This document shows positions 52,186 to 64,000 of a DNA stretch of 64,000 nucleotides, piece after piece. A model generated the notes under the pieces. That model had not been told where the DNA came from, ran no database searches, and saw nothing but the letters and a program-made list of their open reading frames with translations. The number at the start of each line of letters is the position of its first letter. Position 1 is the first letter of the stretch. A program made the translations under genes and the position numbers. The stretch comes from Eledone cirrhosa (Eukaryota), in the NCBI GenBank assembly GCA_964016885.1, contig OZ024740.1:57536001-57600000 (forward strand). The letters run 5' to 3'.

Positions 52186-53552
52186 GACAGCTCAAGGTTT
52201 ATGATTCTCTACAATAGCTGTGGATAGCTGAAGTTTTGTAATTAAAATTCAGTAGATGGAAACAATGTGGAAGCTTCTTGGATATATACGTTGCTAATTC
52301 ATGTGTAGAGCTATTCAACTCCTTTGCTGGTCAATAATATTCATGTGTTGCTTCCATGGAACATAATTTTACACCACTCATTATATATCCAAAGTGGCAG
52401 TTTTCAATTCTCTCAGATATTATCTTGCCATCCCTTTGGTGATCTGCCTCTTTTACTTGGAAATTTCCTTTGAATACTTGTTAGACATTTTCAGTTGGCA
52501 CATGATGTAACCAGACCATTAGAGTCAGCAATTCTGGATGATTTTGATCATCATAATATCAGCTCCTAGACTGTCTCTTAATACATCATTCATTTTTGTG
52601 TTACCATATAGATGTGTATACAGGGTGGCACAAAAGTCATGCACCAGTAAAATAACACATTGCCATATCCTCATATTTGTTATTTTTGTAAGTCTATTGT
52701 AAGTCTATTTTCCATGCTGTCATGGATTGAAAGGCTCATTATGTCTGAGACTAGACAGGTAAAAAAATCACATCTCACTCATACACTCCATTCTTGGCAG
52801 GTTTTCTATAGCTGGATGCTCTTCCTAACACCAACCACTTTACAGAGTGTACTGTATGTGTGTTTACATTTTATATATATATATATATATTGTAGTACCT
52901 TTCTGACTGAATGACTCAGGAGCACCTGCTTCTTGGAAACCTAAGAGCAAAGTGGACATTAGCATACTTGATGTAATAGGCCAAGAAATTTTAAATATAA
53001 TTTTTTGGCTTACTACATCAAATATACTAGAGACCACTTTACAGCAAATGTTCCTAGGTAAACTCCTCCACCCTCAGTCATTCTCTTATATCTGTGTGTG
53101 TGTGTGTGTGTTGGTGAAAATTCTTTGTATTATTTACTCAATATTAAAAGTGCATTCCTAAAGGAGTGTAATAGGTAAACTCAGTTATTTGATGAACAGA
53201 GATTAATAAAATGACTAGCCAACTAAGTATTACAAGTGGTTTTATTGACTAAAACCTTTGAATGTGGTGCTCCAGCATGACCATAATCTAATATCTAAAA
53301 CCAGTAAATGAAAGTAGTATAAAGAAATATGTGTGTTTGTTTTTCTGTGTTTTCACGTTACATTTGACAGCACTAACAGTGACATTTGTTTATGTCCTGC
53401 ATAAACAAAACTTCCACAGTTCAGCAAGTCAATAGTTAATGATCAGTATCTTACATAAAAAAAAAATGGTTAGTGTGAGAAAGGGTACCCAGCTGTAGCA
53501 CACTGCCTAAAAAAATCTCATACTAGTATGGAAAAAATGACAATAATAACAA

Positions 53553-53935
53553 TGATAATAATAATTGCTTCTACTTTTGGCACAAGGCCAGCAATTACCC
53601 AGTACATTACTGGTACTTTATTTTATCGACCCCGTAAGGATGAAAGGCAAAGTTAACCTCAGCGGGATTTGAACTCAGACTGAAAAGGGACGTAACTATG
53701 CTGGAAAGCATGGCGTCCAACCCTCCACCAATACTGCCAATTCACCGCCCTTGATAATAATAATTGTTTCTACTTTTGGCACAGGGCCAGCAATTATCTC
53801 AGTGTATTACTGGTACTTTATTTTATCGACCCCGTAAGGATGAAAGGCAAAGTTAACCTCGGCGGGATTTGAACTCAGATCATAAAGGGCCGCAACTCTT
53901 TGCTACAAAGGCATGGCGTCTGATCCTCTACCGAG
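53553..53935 (-). mobile_element. two tandem MetaSINE-like copies
   Basis: Near-identical head-to-tail units matching 30102-30297. Confidence 0.85.
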
Positions 53936-54895
53936 GATGATGATGATGATATGTTAAAGCAAAATCCAACCTACCTCATTACATATATCAATAGAGAGAT
54001 TAGATACAAAGATATATTTTCCTATCTTTATCTATTTATTGTGTTATTTAAATGTTCAGTTTAAATCAGATAACATTTTAGTGAATTTTAGCTGGAAGCA
54101 CACACTAAAAACCATTCTTTTATGATTCCTTGTAATTAATATTTTTCTGAACAATCTGTTTATGTAATCTTAATTTACCTTACATTAACTGCAATTTTAT
54201 TACATTTTTTTCCAGATGACATATTTTATTGTCTAAATAGTGTTCTCTGAATATAAAATGTTCTTAGTTCTAAAGTGGTAGTGATGGTAGTAGTGGCTCT
54301 AACATGCTGTCATCATTATCTTTATCATCATTATTTTTGTAACAAACAGAAGTATTGGAACACAGAACAAAATGCTTGCAGTATTTGTTCTGGCTATTTC
54401 TGCACTCTGAGTTCAAATCATGTTGAGGTCAATTTTACTTTCAGAGTCAATAAAATAAAGTACTGCTGTAGTGAAATAAAGTACTACTTTAGTGGAACTG
54501 TTAGAGCATTAACTGAAATACTTTTTGGTATTTGTTCTAGTTCTTTGCATTCTGGGTTCAAATCTCACCGAGGCCTACTTAAGAGGTAGCTTTAATCCGT
54601 CTCATAGTTTATCACCACCACCTGGCACTTGAGTGCCTTTAGCAGAGTCCACTTTGTTGCAAACATTCATGTCAGGTCTCTGGTTTGAGGGTATCTTTCT
54701 CTCTCCTACCAGTCTTGGAAGCCCAAAAAGTGTTATGGGCATTACCCATCCCTCCCTGACTAAACAATGACAAAAAAATATTTGTTAAATTAAACTAATT
54801 TTCAGAAAGCCGGTACAATGCAGTAGAAATATATAAATGGCAAACGATGACAAATAAAATGAAACAAAGTAATGTTGTTTTCTATCCAGTATATT

Positions 54896-55431
54896 TCAAC
54901 ATGCTTCAGAGCAAGACCAGTAGGTGGTGAGTGCTGTATGCTCCAACTGGTCCATGTACATGATGGCCAGCAGGCCTGAGAGACTTGACCACATCATAAG
55001 TCCTAAAATTTGTTTGTAGATGGGGCACCCAAACTGGAAAAAGATGTACATGACAACAGAGAACAGTTCATGGGCATCAGCAGCAGTGAGGCCCAAAACA
55101 ATTGAGGTTGGTGGCAGCAATGATATTGTCAGTAATTAAGTTGGTGGGTGGGTGGGGGGGGACAGAGGTGTAGAAGGAAACTACATCTAAACTAAATGGG
55201 TATCTAATCTATCTAAACGTGATGCTGTTAAGGTTTTTTTAGTCTGTTGATTATTCTGTGTGAGTTGTCCACGTGTCCAAGGAATATGTGAAGGAGAAGT
55301 TTGAGAAGTCTGGAGAGAAGCCAGGAAATTTGATAAAAAGGGCCATTTATGCTGGAAACAAGAGGTCTAATTTTGAAAATTGAGCCCTGGTTTGTGTGTT
55401 TTAATAAGCTGGTAAAAGATTGGGAGCTCAC
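54896..55431 (-). mobile_element. Penelope-like element RT remnant
   Basis: KIRPLVSSINGPFYQISWLLSRLL, SLDVVSFYT-like codons near 55170-55200 and YKQILGLMMWSSLSGLLAIMYMDQLE resemble the PLE RT motifs RPIVS..P.Y and G.AMGSPLS...A..YM..LE. Confidence 0.75.
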
Positions 55432-55746
55432 TGTTTCTGTTGATGAAGATGCATTTAATTCTATTAGGTAAACTTCTGCTGTAACAGATATTAAAATATA
55501 ATTAACCTAACAGCTTCACACCAACTAGAGTCTATATGCTGTTATTTGACCTGCCAGAAATAGCAGTCATATCTCCCACAATTCCCATCTTACCATCTTA
55601 AAACAAGAAAAGGCACCACCTTAAAGAGATTTATTTGATCACATTAATCCTAGTACTTATTTATTCAAGCCTAGCACTTATTTCATCGATCTCTTTTTGC
55701 TGAACCACTAAGTTACAGCTGTACACAAGACATAAACATAAACAAT

Positions 55747-55803
<57 letters not shown>

Positions 55804-56767
55804 AACCTTTGCAGTTTCTATCTACTATATTACACTCAAAAGTTATTGATCAACCCAAGGCTAGAGTAGAAGACACTTGGTGCCAAGCAGTGGGAATGAA
55901 CGTAAAACAAACTCCTTAGCCACACGGCCATGCTTGCACCATATTGCTAATTTTATTCCCTAAATAGACACTGCATAACAACCAAAAAACAAACCCCAAA
56001 ATACTTAAATTCTGTGCTAATATATTTAATGCATGAAGCAGCAAAAAGTTAACTGGAAATAATTATATGGGGAAGGAAAAAAAAAAATCAATATCAGTCA
56101 CCAATGATGATGATGACTAATATTGTTTTAATTCTTTTGCCAAGTACAGGAGACAACTTTGGACATGTTTTAGTCTCATTACGACCATCTTTGGTGAAGC
56201 ATAAGCAAGCATATATTTGAAACATAGGTTAGGTACCACTTTCATTTCATGCCTGAGCGGTTAGCAGTAATAAGATTAGCCAGCTGTAAAATCAACTGCA
56301 CCAACATTATGTAAATTACTAAATTTTTCATGTTAACGAGGGGAAAAAAATGAAAGTTTAAAAAACACAAATATTATTATTCAAATTTAACCCTTTCGTT
56401 ACTATGTTTCTAATGAAAAACACTGCCTGTAATTTTCAAATAATTTTGAAAACAATCAAGAATTTGGGAGAATTTAATAAAATAACTAAAATTACTAAGT
56501 TGTAGTTTGGAGCATAACTTGAAGGTTCTGATGAAATTAATGGAAAGTTTTTAGATAAATGTAATCACTTGAAAATAAACATTTTTTTTTATTATAGAAC
56601 TATGAGCAGTTTCAGGCAGTTTGTTATTACTCACTGTACATGAAAAAACAATAATTTATGAGCCAACATGAGTTGCTATGCAGTTACTCAACCTGCTAGA
56701 AATACCAGCCAAATTTTCCACAAAACGCATCCTACTGTCTAAAACAAGGAAAATCACATTGGCTAAA

Positions 56768-57424
56768 CCAGAGATTCTCAAATATTTTGGGCCAATGCCC
56801 CCACTCACAGCCATGTAGTACCCTCAGCGCCCCCAACCCTATTTCTAGAGAGACCTGCCTACACACAAATTGTAAATAATATATAATAAATAAAATTGTT
56901 AATTTATATATGGCGGCACATGGGTTAGTGGTTAGAGCATTGGCCTGGCAATCGAAAGGTTGTGAGTTCAATTCTCAGACCTGGTGATGTGTTGTTTCCT
57001 TGAGCAAGACACTTTATTTCACATTGCTCCAGTTTACTCAGCTGTAGAAATGAGATGATAGGGACTGGGGTCCCTATCATTCCACTGTTAAGTGGTTGTG
57101 GAGGTGCCACGGCAAAAAAGCACCCAGCACTCACTGTAAATGAGGTTGGTGTTAGGAAGGGCATCCAGCTGTAGAAATCAAGCCAGAATCAGTTCCCGTC
57201 CCACCCTTGCAAGCAGGGAAAAAGCGGACTTAAAACGAAATGATGATGATGATGATGATATATAATAATTAATATAATATATACTATGTATAAATAAATA
57301 TTATATATTTTTTTATTTTACTATATTCATATATATGTATCATTAATATACTATATCATCTCTACCGTTCCCATAGGCCCCAGCACGCCCCTGTTAGTGG
57401 TAGCGCCCACTTTGAGAACCTCTG
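56768..57424. mobile_element. hAT-like MITE with nested SINE
   Basis: Ends CAGAGATTCTCAAA / TTTGAGAACCTCTG are inverted; no convincing 8-bp TSD. Confidence 0.5.
56911..57258 (+). mobile_element. full-length tRNA-derived SINE with RTE-C-type 3' tail
   Basis: A box TGGGTTAGTGG, B box GAGTTCAATTC, core CCTTGAGCAAGACACTT, module AGGAAGGGCATCCAGCTGTAGAAA, tail CCCACCCTTGCAAGCAGGGAAAAAGCGGAC..(TGA)n. Confidence 0.9.
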
Positions 57425-57903
57425 TGATAATCTAATCCTTCTGTACACCATTATCATAGTTGTGCTGGCATAAATTGGGCAGGACTTTTTGAAGCAATGT
57501 TTTACAGCCAGATATCCTTCCGTGACTATATCCTTTTAGTCAGCTCCTACGACAAACACCTATTCTAAAAAGTCTGATATACTCAGAACTATGTATAGAA
57601 AAGGCAGAAATGTTACATCTGGAATGTTTTTCTTGATAAGATCAAACTTATTTGAACCCTTTCATTGCAATATTTTTACTGACACTAAGAATTTACAGGA
57701 ATTTAGTAATATAACTAACTTTCTCATGTTTAAGCTGATGTCTGGTGCATAACTTAATAAAGGTTCTTCCATAAATTTATTATGAAAGAGTTTTAAATAA
57801 ATATGACTTTAAAACCAGGGGGAAGGAGCAGGCAGTTTAGTATCAAAAGAGTAAAACAATATAAACAACATGTGTGTTAGAACATTAATTAAATTCAATT
57901 TAC

Positions 57904-58097
57904 CTCCATTTCAAGAGATTTAGCTAAGAATTTCTTAGCAGTTTCTCTTTTTTTAGTTGTAGCTGTGTCATATTTTACTTCTATTGGTACAAGGTTATTT
58001 TGAGTTTCAAAAAAGCTGTTCCATTCTTTACAAACCTTCCGAGCCAGTTTTCTAACTTCAATATCTTCATGGCAGCGCAGATGTTTTACCAAGCGAC
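57904..58097 (-). CDS. TCEANC2: penultimate coding exon of the TCEANC2-like gene (end of TFIIS N-terminal domain plus linker)
   Basis: Acceptor TTGTACAG|GT, donor GAG|GTAAAT; (G)RLVKHLRCHEDIEVRKLARKVCKEWNSF..PIEVKYD..KKFLAKSLEME. Resembles human [43 protein letters not shown]. Phase 0 joins 46813 in frame. Confidence 0.9.
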
Positions 58098-58292
58098 CTG
58101 TACAATAACAGAGTGGAATTCCTTTGATACTTCCTTCACAATTTTTTTTTTTTAATTATATATATATATATATTCTCATTACTAAGCTGAGCATAATTTG
58201 AAGGTTCTGATGAAATTAATGGAAAGTTTTTAGATAAATGTAATCACTTGAAAATAAACATTTTATTTTATCATAGAACTATCAGTGGTTTC

Positions 58293-58747
58293 AGAGCATA
58301 AACGAATTGAGAGAGAGACTGAGCATAAGAGGAATCAAATGTTGTGTGCAGGAGAGGAGGTTGCATTGGTATGGACATGTGATGCGTATGAAGGGTGACA
58401 GCTGCATAAAAAAGTGCAGAGCATTAGAAGTCGATGGAAGCTGTGGAGTGGGGAGACCTAAGAAGACCTGGGATGAGGTGATAAAAGCTGACCTTACCCA
58501 ATTGCACCTCATCATGCAGTAATACAGAAGACCCGACTTCCCATGGGTACAAGCTGAAGCTGAAGCATATAGACAATATGCCCCCACACCCTCCTACTGC
58601 AAAGTGGTCGTGATGGTGCCACGGCAAAAAAGCACCGCACCCATCCCACACTGTAAAGTGGATGTGTAGGCGCCATGGAAAATAGCACCCAGCACTCACT
58701 GTAAATGAGGTTGGTGTTAGGAAGGGCATCGGTGATGATGATGATGA

Positions 58748-58751
<4 letters not shown>
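58293..58751 (+). mobile_element. RTE-B 3' fragment with internal deletions
   Basis: ORF 58307-58522; the UTR lacks the last ~110 bp before (GAT)n. Confidence 0.85.
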
Positions 58752-58782
<31 letters not shown>

Positions 58783-58859
58783 AAAAAAATAGATTTTACA
58801 CATAAACAGCTCCCACTGGGAATGATTGAAGCAAATTCTGTATCTTGTTATATATATAA

Positions 58860-59043
58860 AATAATTGTTTCTACTTTTGGCACAAGGCCAGCAATTACCC
58901 AGTGCATTACTGGTACTTTATTTTATCGACCCTGTAAGGATGAAAGGCAAAGTTAACCTCGGCCGGATTTGAACTCAGACAATAAAGGGCCGTAAATTCT
59001 TTGCTGCAAAGCATGGCATCCGACCCTCTACCGATACTGCCAA
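58860..59043 (-). mobile_element. MetaSINE-like copy
   Basis: Matches 53760-53935. Confidence 0.85.
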
Positions 59044-59249
59044 TATATATATATAAAATAATGATGGCTGTCACCGAAATATATATAGCAGTATATCTAT
59101 AATTTATAATAAACAAAGCCAAATTTTACATATTTGACTTAATTATTTTACATTACTCCAGAGTAAACAAACCAACCTGCGTACTTCGTCGAGTGCTCCA
59201 ATCTGCATACTGAGGTGTCGCTAAACAACCAACATATACTCAATATATC

Positions 59250-59599
59250 ACCATCATCATCGTTTAACGTCCATATTCCACGCTTGCATGGGTTTGGACG
59301 GGAGTTTTCCCACTTGAGGCAAGAGTGGTTGTCTTGCTCGCATAGGACTGTCTGGCGGGTTTTCTACGGCTGGATGCCCTTCCTAACACCAACCACATTT
59401 ACAGTGTGGGCCTGGGAGGTTTTTACCATGTTACCTACACGGCCACATTACAGCGTGGACTGTGTGTTTTTTTGTCGTGACACCTACACGACCTCATTTG
59501 TTTCGGGCTGGATGTTGTGGTACCAACATAACTTTACATTGAAAGGGGTGGTGTGGATGGGGTGGGGGTAGTGGGACGGGGTGTATTTTGTTAGAGGTG

Positions 59600-59600
<1 letters not shown>
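59250..59600 (-). mobile_element. RTE-A 3' UTR-only copy
   Basis: Matches 32870-33220. Confidence 0.9.
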
Positions 59601-59630
<30 letters not shown>

Positions 59631-59852
59631 GGAGAGAGTGAAAGAGAGGGAGAGAGTGAGAGAGGGAGAGAGAGATAAACAAATAGATTGTCAGATAGAC
59701 AGTAGATCGATAAATAGATAAATATAATTATACATAAACATAGCATCAGTATTCATCATCATTAGCATCTTTATGTTAACTTTTCCATGCTGGCATGGGT
59801 TGGGTGGGTTGTTTTGAGACAATGTTTTATATCCAGCAGAGAGATATATATA

Positions 59853-60684
59853 TACAGGGTGCGGACGATATTTGTTCGCAAGATTACTGTCTATGAAAAA
59901 ATAACACAGTAGTTTTATTTTTTAAGATATATTTATCAAACTTGGGTCAGTTTGTCTTCATGACTTGTTCTTTCGATCTCACTCGATAAACCCGCTATTG
60001 GCTTTGATGATTACCTCAAGGCGGCCTCGGAACCGGCTACAGGCCTTCGTCATTTTCCCCTGACTTAGGCCCCTCAAGGCACTTGTGATCCTGGCCTTCA
60101 GATCGTCTTTCGTATTGCAGCTAGATCTGTTGGTGTCTCGTTCCACTGCACCCCACACAAAGAAATCGAGGGGGTTGCAGTCAGGCGAGCTGGGAGGCCA
60201 GATGTCAGGTGAAGTGTGGTCGACAAAGTTCTCTGTCAGCCATGCTTGGGTCTTTCGGCTGGTATGGCAGGGCGCTGAGTCTTGCTGCCACACGTACGGC
60301 CTACCTGCAGCTACCTGGTCGATCCAGGGCTTTACTACCTCGCTCAAAACGCGGATGTAGCCATCGGTGTTCAGCTTGAGGCACTCAGGGAAGAAGTGAG
60401 GTGGCATGATGTCACCTTGACTGCTGACGAGACCTTAGACCAATGTTGTCGCTGGAAACTTTGTCTGGGCACCTGTTGTTCTGGGAGTTGATCTTCTGGT
60501 CTTATTTGTCCTGGCGTGGATTCCAAGAAGAACTCCGTGTCTCTTCCACAAATTTGGAGCTTCAAAATTATTCATAATCAATTATTCTGAAAATAAATAA
60601 TGGAAATATAGTCACTGTTTTTATGAAGACAAGAGTGACAACGGAAGTAAAAAAAATTTGCATAAAAATCGTCCGCACCCTGTA
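59853..60684 (-). mobile_element. internally deleted maT-family (DD37D) Tc1/mariner transposon with both TIRs
   Basis: TA|CAGGGTGCGGACGATATTT...AAAAATCGTCCGCACCCTG|TA. ORF 59979-60407 has QQD-x37-D (QQDSAPCH...WPPSSPDCNPLD). Confidence 0.9.
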
Positions 60685-60740
60685 TATCATCATCATCATT
60701 TAATGTCTATCTTCAACACTAGCATGGGATATATATATAG

Positions 60741-61507
<767 letters not shown>

Positions 61508-61566
61508 CTGGAAGATAATATCCGTAGTGGTAGAGCACTCAGTCCATGGGATGAGTTAGGTAGAAA

Positions 61567-61995
61567 TGGTAATACAACCGTTAGTTCACCATACCAAGAA
61601 CAATTGTTTCACCTTAGCGGACAACGTGAGAAGATTTCATTTCTTGAATTTAGGCAATCGCTATTGCGTAATCTCCTTAGAATATTTATCCTTTCTTCAA
61701 TACACAATCCACAAGACGGATTGCCCGTACACTAGGGGCAATCTGTCATATGGACTGTGTATTGAAGAAAGGATAAATATTCTAAGGAGATTACGCAATA
61801 GCGATTGCCTAAATTCAAGAAATGAAATCTTCTCACGTTGTCTACATGCGAAGTAACTGTGAAGTAACTGTTTCTGGACATGCGCGTTTATAAGGTTGTT
61901 CTCCCTGTTCCATATAACCATGACCAGTACGAAGTGAGGATCCGCTAAGGTGAAACAATTGTTCTCGTTATGGTGAACTAACTGTTGTGTTACCA
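61567..61995. mobile_element. palindromic Penelope-like element end (GIY-YIG C-terminus plus 3' region)
   Basis: Inner arms 61620-61726/61736-61842, outer arms 61567-61621/61941-61995. Encodes (C/Y)GLCIEERINIL....LNSRNEIFSRCLHAK*. Confidence 0.75.
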
Positions 61996-61998
61996 CTT

Positions 61999-62075
<77 letters not shown>

Positions 62076-64000
62076 CTTCTAAATGAGGAGAATAAATGGG
62101 AGAAAGACAGTCTCCCCCACATCGACCCAATAGAGGGACCGGCAGTGTTAGTCGAAGGTAGTATAATAAGTAAGGCAATCAAAGATATGAAGATGGGTAA
62201 GGCGGCTGGGCCTTCGGAAATAGTTGCTGAGATGCTGAAAGCCTCTGGAACGGTGGGACACACCATGGTCACCCGGATAGTAAACCAAGTCATACAGCTT
62301 GGGGTTGTTCCGAAGGACTGGCATAGCAGCATCATCATTAACTGTTACAAGGGTAAAGGAGATGCCCTAGATAGGAGTAACTATAGGGGCATTAAATTAA
62401 TCAACCAGGTCATGAAGGTCACGGAAAAAGTTATAGCGCAACTAATCAGAGAGAGACTTGATCTAGATGAAATGCAGTTCGGTTTTGTGTCAGGCAAAAG
62501 TGCCACAGACGCTCTTTTCATTGTACGACAACTACAGGAGAAGTACCTAGCTAAAAGTAAACTAGCTTTTGTTGACCTGGAGAAAGCCTTCGACAGAGTC
62601 CCCCGTTCCATTATCTGGTGGGCTCTTAGAAAACTAGGTGTTGACAAATGGCTTGTGAGAGCTATACAAGCCATGTATAAAGAAACAGTCAGCAAGGTTA
62701 GAATTAACAACGAATATAGTGAAGAGTTTAGTGTAAAAGTTGGTGTACATCAGGGCTCTGTTCTTAGCCCCCTACTATTTATTATTGCCCTTCAGGCTAT
62801 AACAGTGGAGTTCAAGACCGGCCGCCCATGGGAACTCCTATACGCAGATGATCTAATGCTCATAGCTGAATCAATGGCCGAGCTAGAGAAGAAATTCCAA
62901 ACATGGAAGCATGGCCTAGAATCAAAAGGGCTTAAAATTAACCTGGCTAAGACTAAAGTTCTAGTTTGTAGGAAAGAAAATAAGGCAACGGTCCCTTCCG
63001 GGAAATGGCCATGCTCAGTGTGTAGGAAAGGCGTAGGTAGAAACTCCATTTTATGTCCCAAATGCAAAGTATGGGTGCATAAAAGATGTAGTGGGATCAC
63101 AGGTAAGCTAACTAAGAACATAGATTTTACATGTGGCCGGTGCTCTGGTGTAATAAGTAGCAGCAAGTACCCACAAAATACTAGCTCTTTCAATTGCGCA
63201 GAGGGTTCTATAGAAATAGTGGACAGCTTCCGTTACCTGGGTGACAAAATCAGCAGTGTGGGAGGGTGCTCTGAAAGTACAGTAGCTAGAGTCAGAACTG
63301 GATGGAAAAAGTTCAGAGAGCTTATACCACTATTAGCCACTAAAGGGTTCTCCCTAAAAATGAAAGGCAGGTTGTATGATGCCTGCATACGAACAGCAAT
63401 GTTGCATGGCAGTGAGACCTGGGCATTGTGTGCAGAGGATATATGCAGACTAGAGAGGAACGAAGCTTGCATGCTCCGCTGGATGTGTAATAGTAACATA
63501 CGTTAACGGCAAAGCATAAGCGAACTAAGGAAAAAATTAGAAATAAGAGGGATCAGATGTTGTTTACTCGAGAGAAGGCTACGTTGGTATGGTCACGTGA
63601 TGCGCATGAAAGACGACAGCTGTATAACAAAGTGCAGGGCAATAAAGATAGATGGTAGCTACGGAGTAGGCAGACCCAGAAAAACCTGGGACGAGCTGAT
63701 AAATTCCGACCTCACACACTTACACCTCTCCAAGACAATGTCACTGGACCGAGACCTTTGGCGGTACTCAGTAATAGAGAAGACCCGCCTTACCTAAATA
63801 CAAAGTAAAACCTACTACAGTCAGTAGGCATCTCTAACAAAATACACCCCCGTACCACCACCCCCACCCCATCCACACCGCCCCTTTCAATGTAAAGTTA
63901 TGTTGGTGCCACAACATCCAGGCCGAAACAAATGAGATCGTGTAGGTGTCACGACAAAAAAACAGACAGTCCACGCTGTAATGTGGCCGTGTAGGCAACA
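62076..64000 (+). mobile_element. 5'-truncated RTE LINE, subfamily A, running off the window end
   Basis: ORF 62040-63506 (RT motifs), one in-frame TAA, then 63597-63797 and A-type UTR. Confidence 0.95.

Noticed and set aside
56911-56980. tRNA gene
   Set aside because: A and B boxes continue directly into a SINE body and LINE tail; no oligo-T terminator or clean cloverleaf.

Overview
AT-rich, microsatellite-dense animal genomic DNA. The repeat landscape ((CAT)n-tailed RTE LINEs, tRNA-derived SINEs including a MetaSINE-like family, long (TA)n/(GA)n tracts) suggests an octopod cephalopod; this is inference, not proof. Host genes: the last coding exon of a tektin, most like TEKT2 (+, 18049-18244), and two spliceable 3' coding exons of a TCEANC2-like gene (-, 58097-57904 and 46813-46613). 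The two genes converge across about 28 kb of repeats. Nearly all long ORFs in the track are RTE retrotransposon pieces from three subfamilies (A, B, C, defined here by their 3' ends). Also present are an L1/Tx1 3' end, an R4/Dong-like RT remnant, Penelope-like remnants, mariner and maT (DD37D) remnants and several MITE families. Most notable: (1) a repeated non-coding fold-back element carrying minimal hammerhead-ribozyme motifs, one copy with an intact core; (2) a Penelope-like GIY-YIG terminus folded into a long palindrome; (3) a C4HC3 PHD-type finger inserted inside the RT of the RTE copies; (4) the same in-frame TAA just after YADD in two diverged RTE-C copies; (5) one SINE-like module shared among LINE 3' UTRs, a LINE 5' region and SINEs. 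All coordinates were read by eye; repeat boundaries are approximate.
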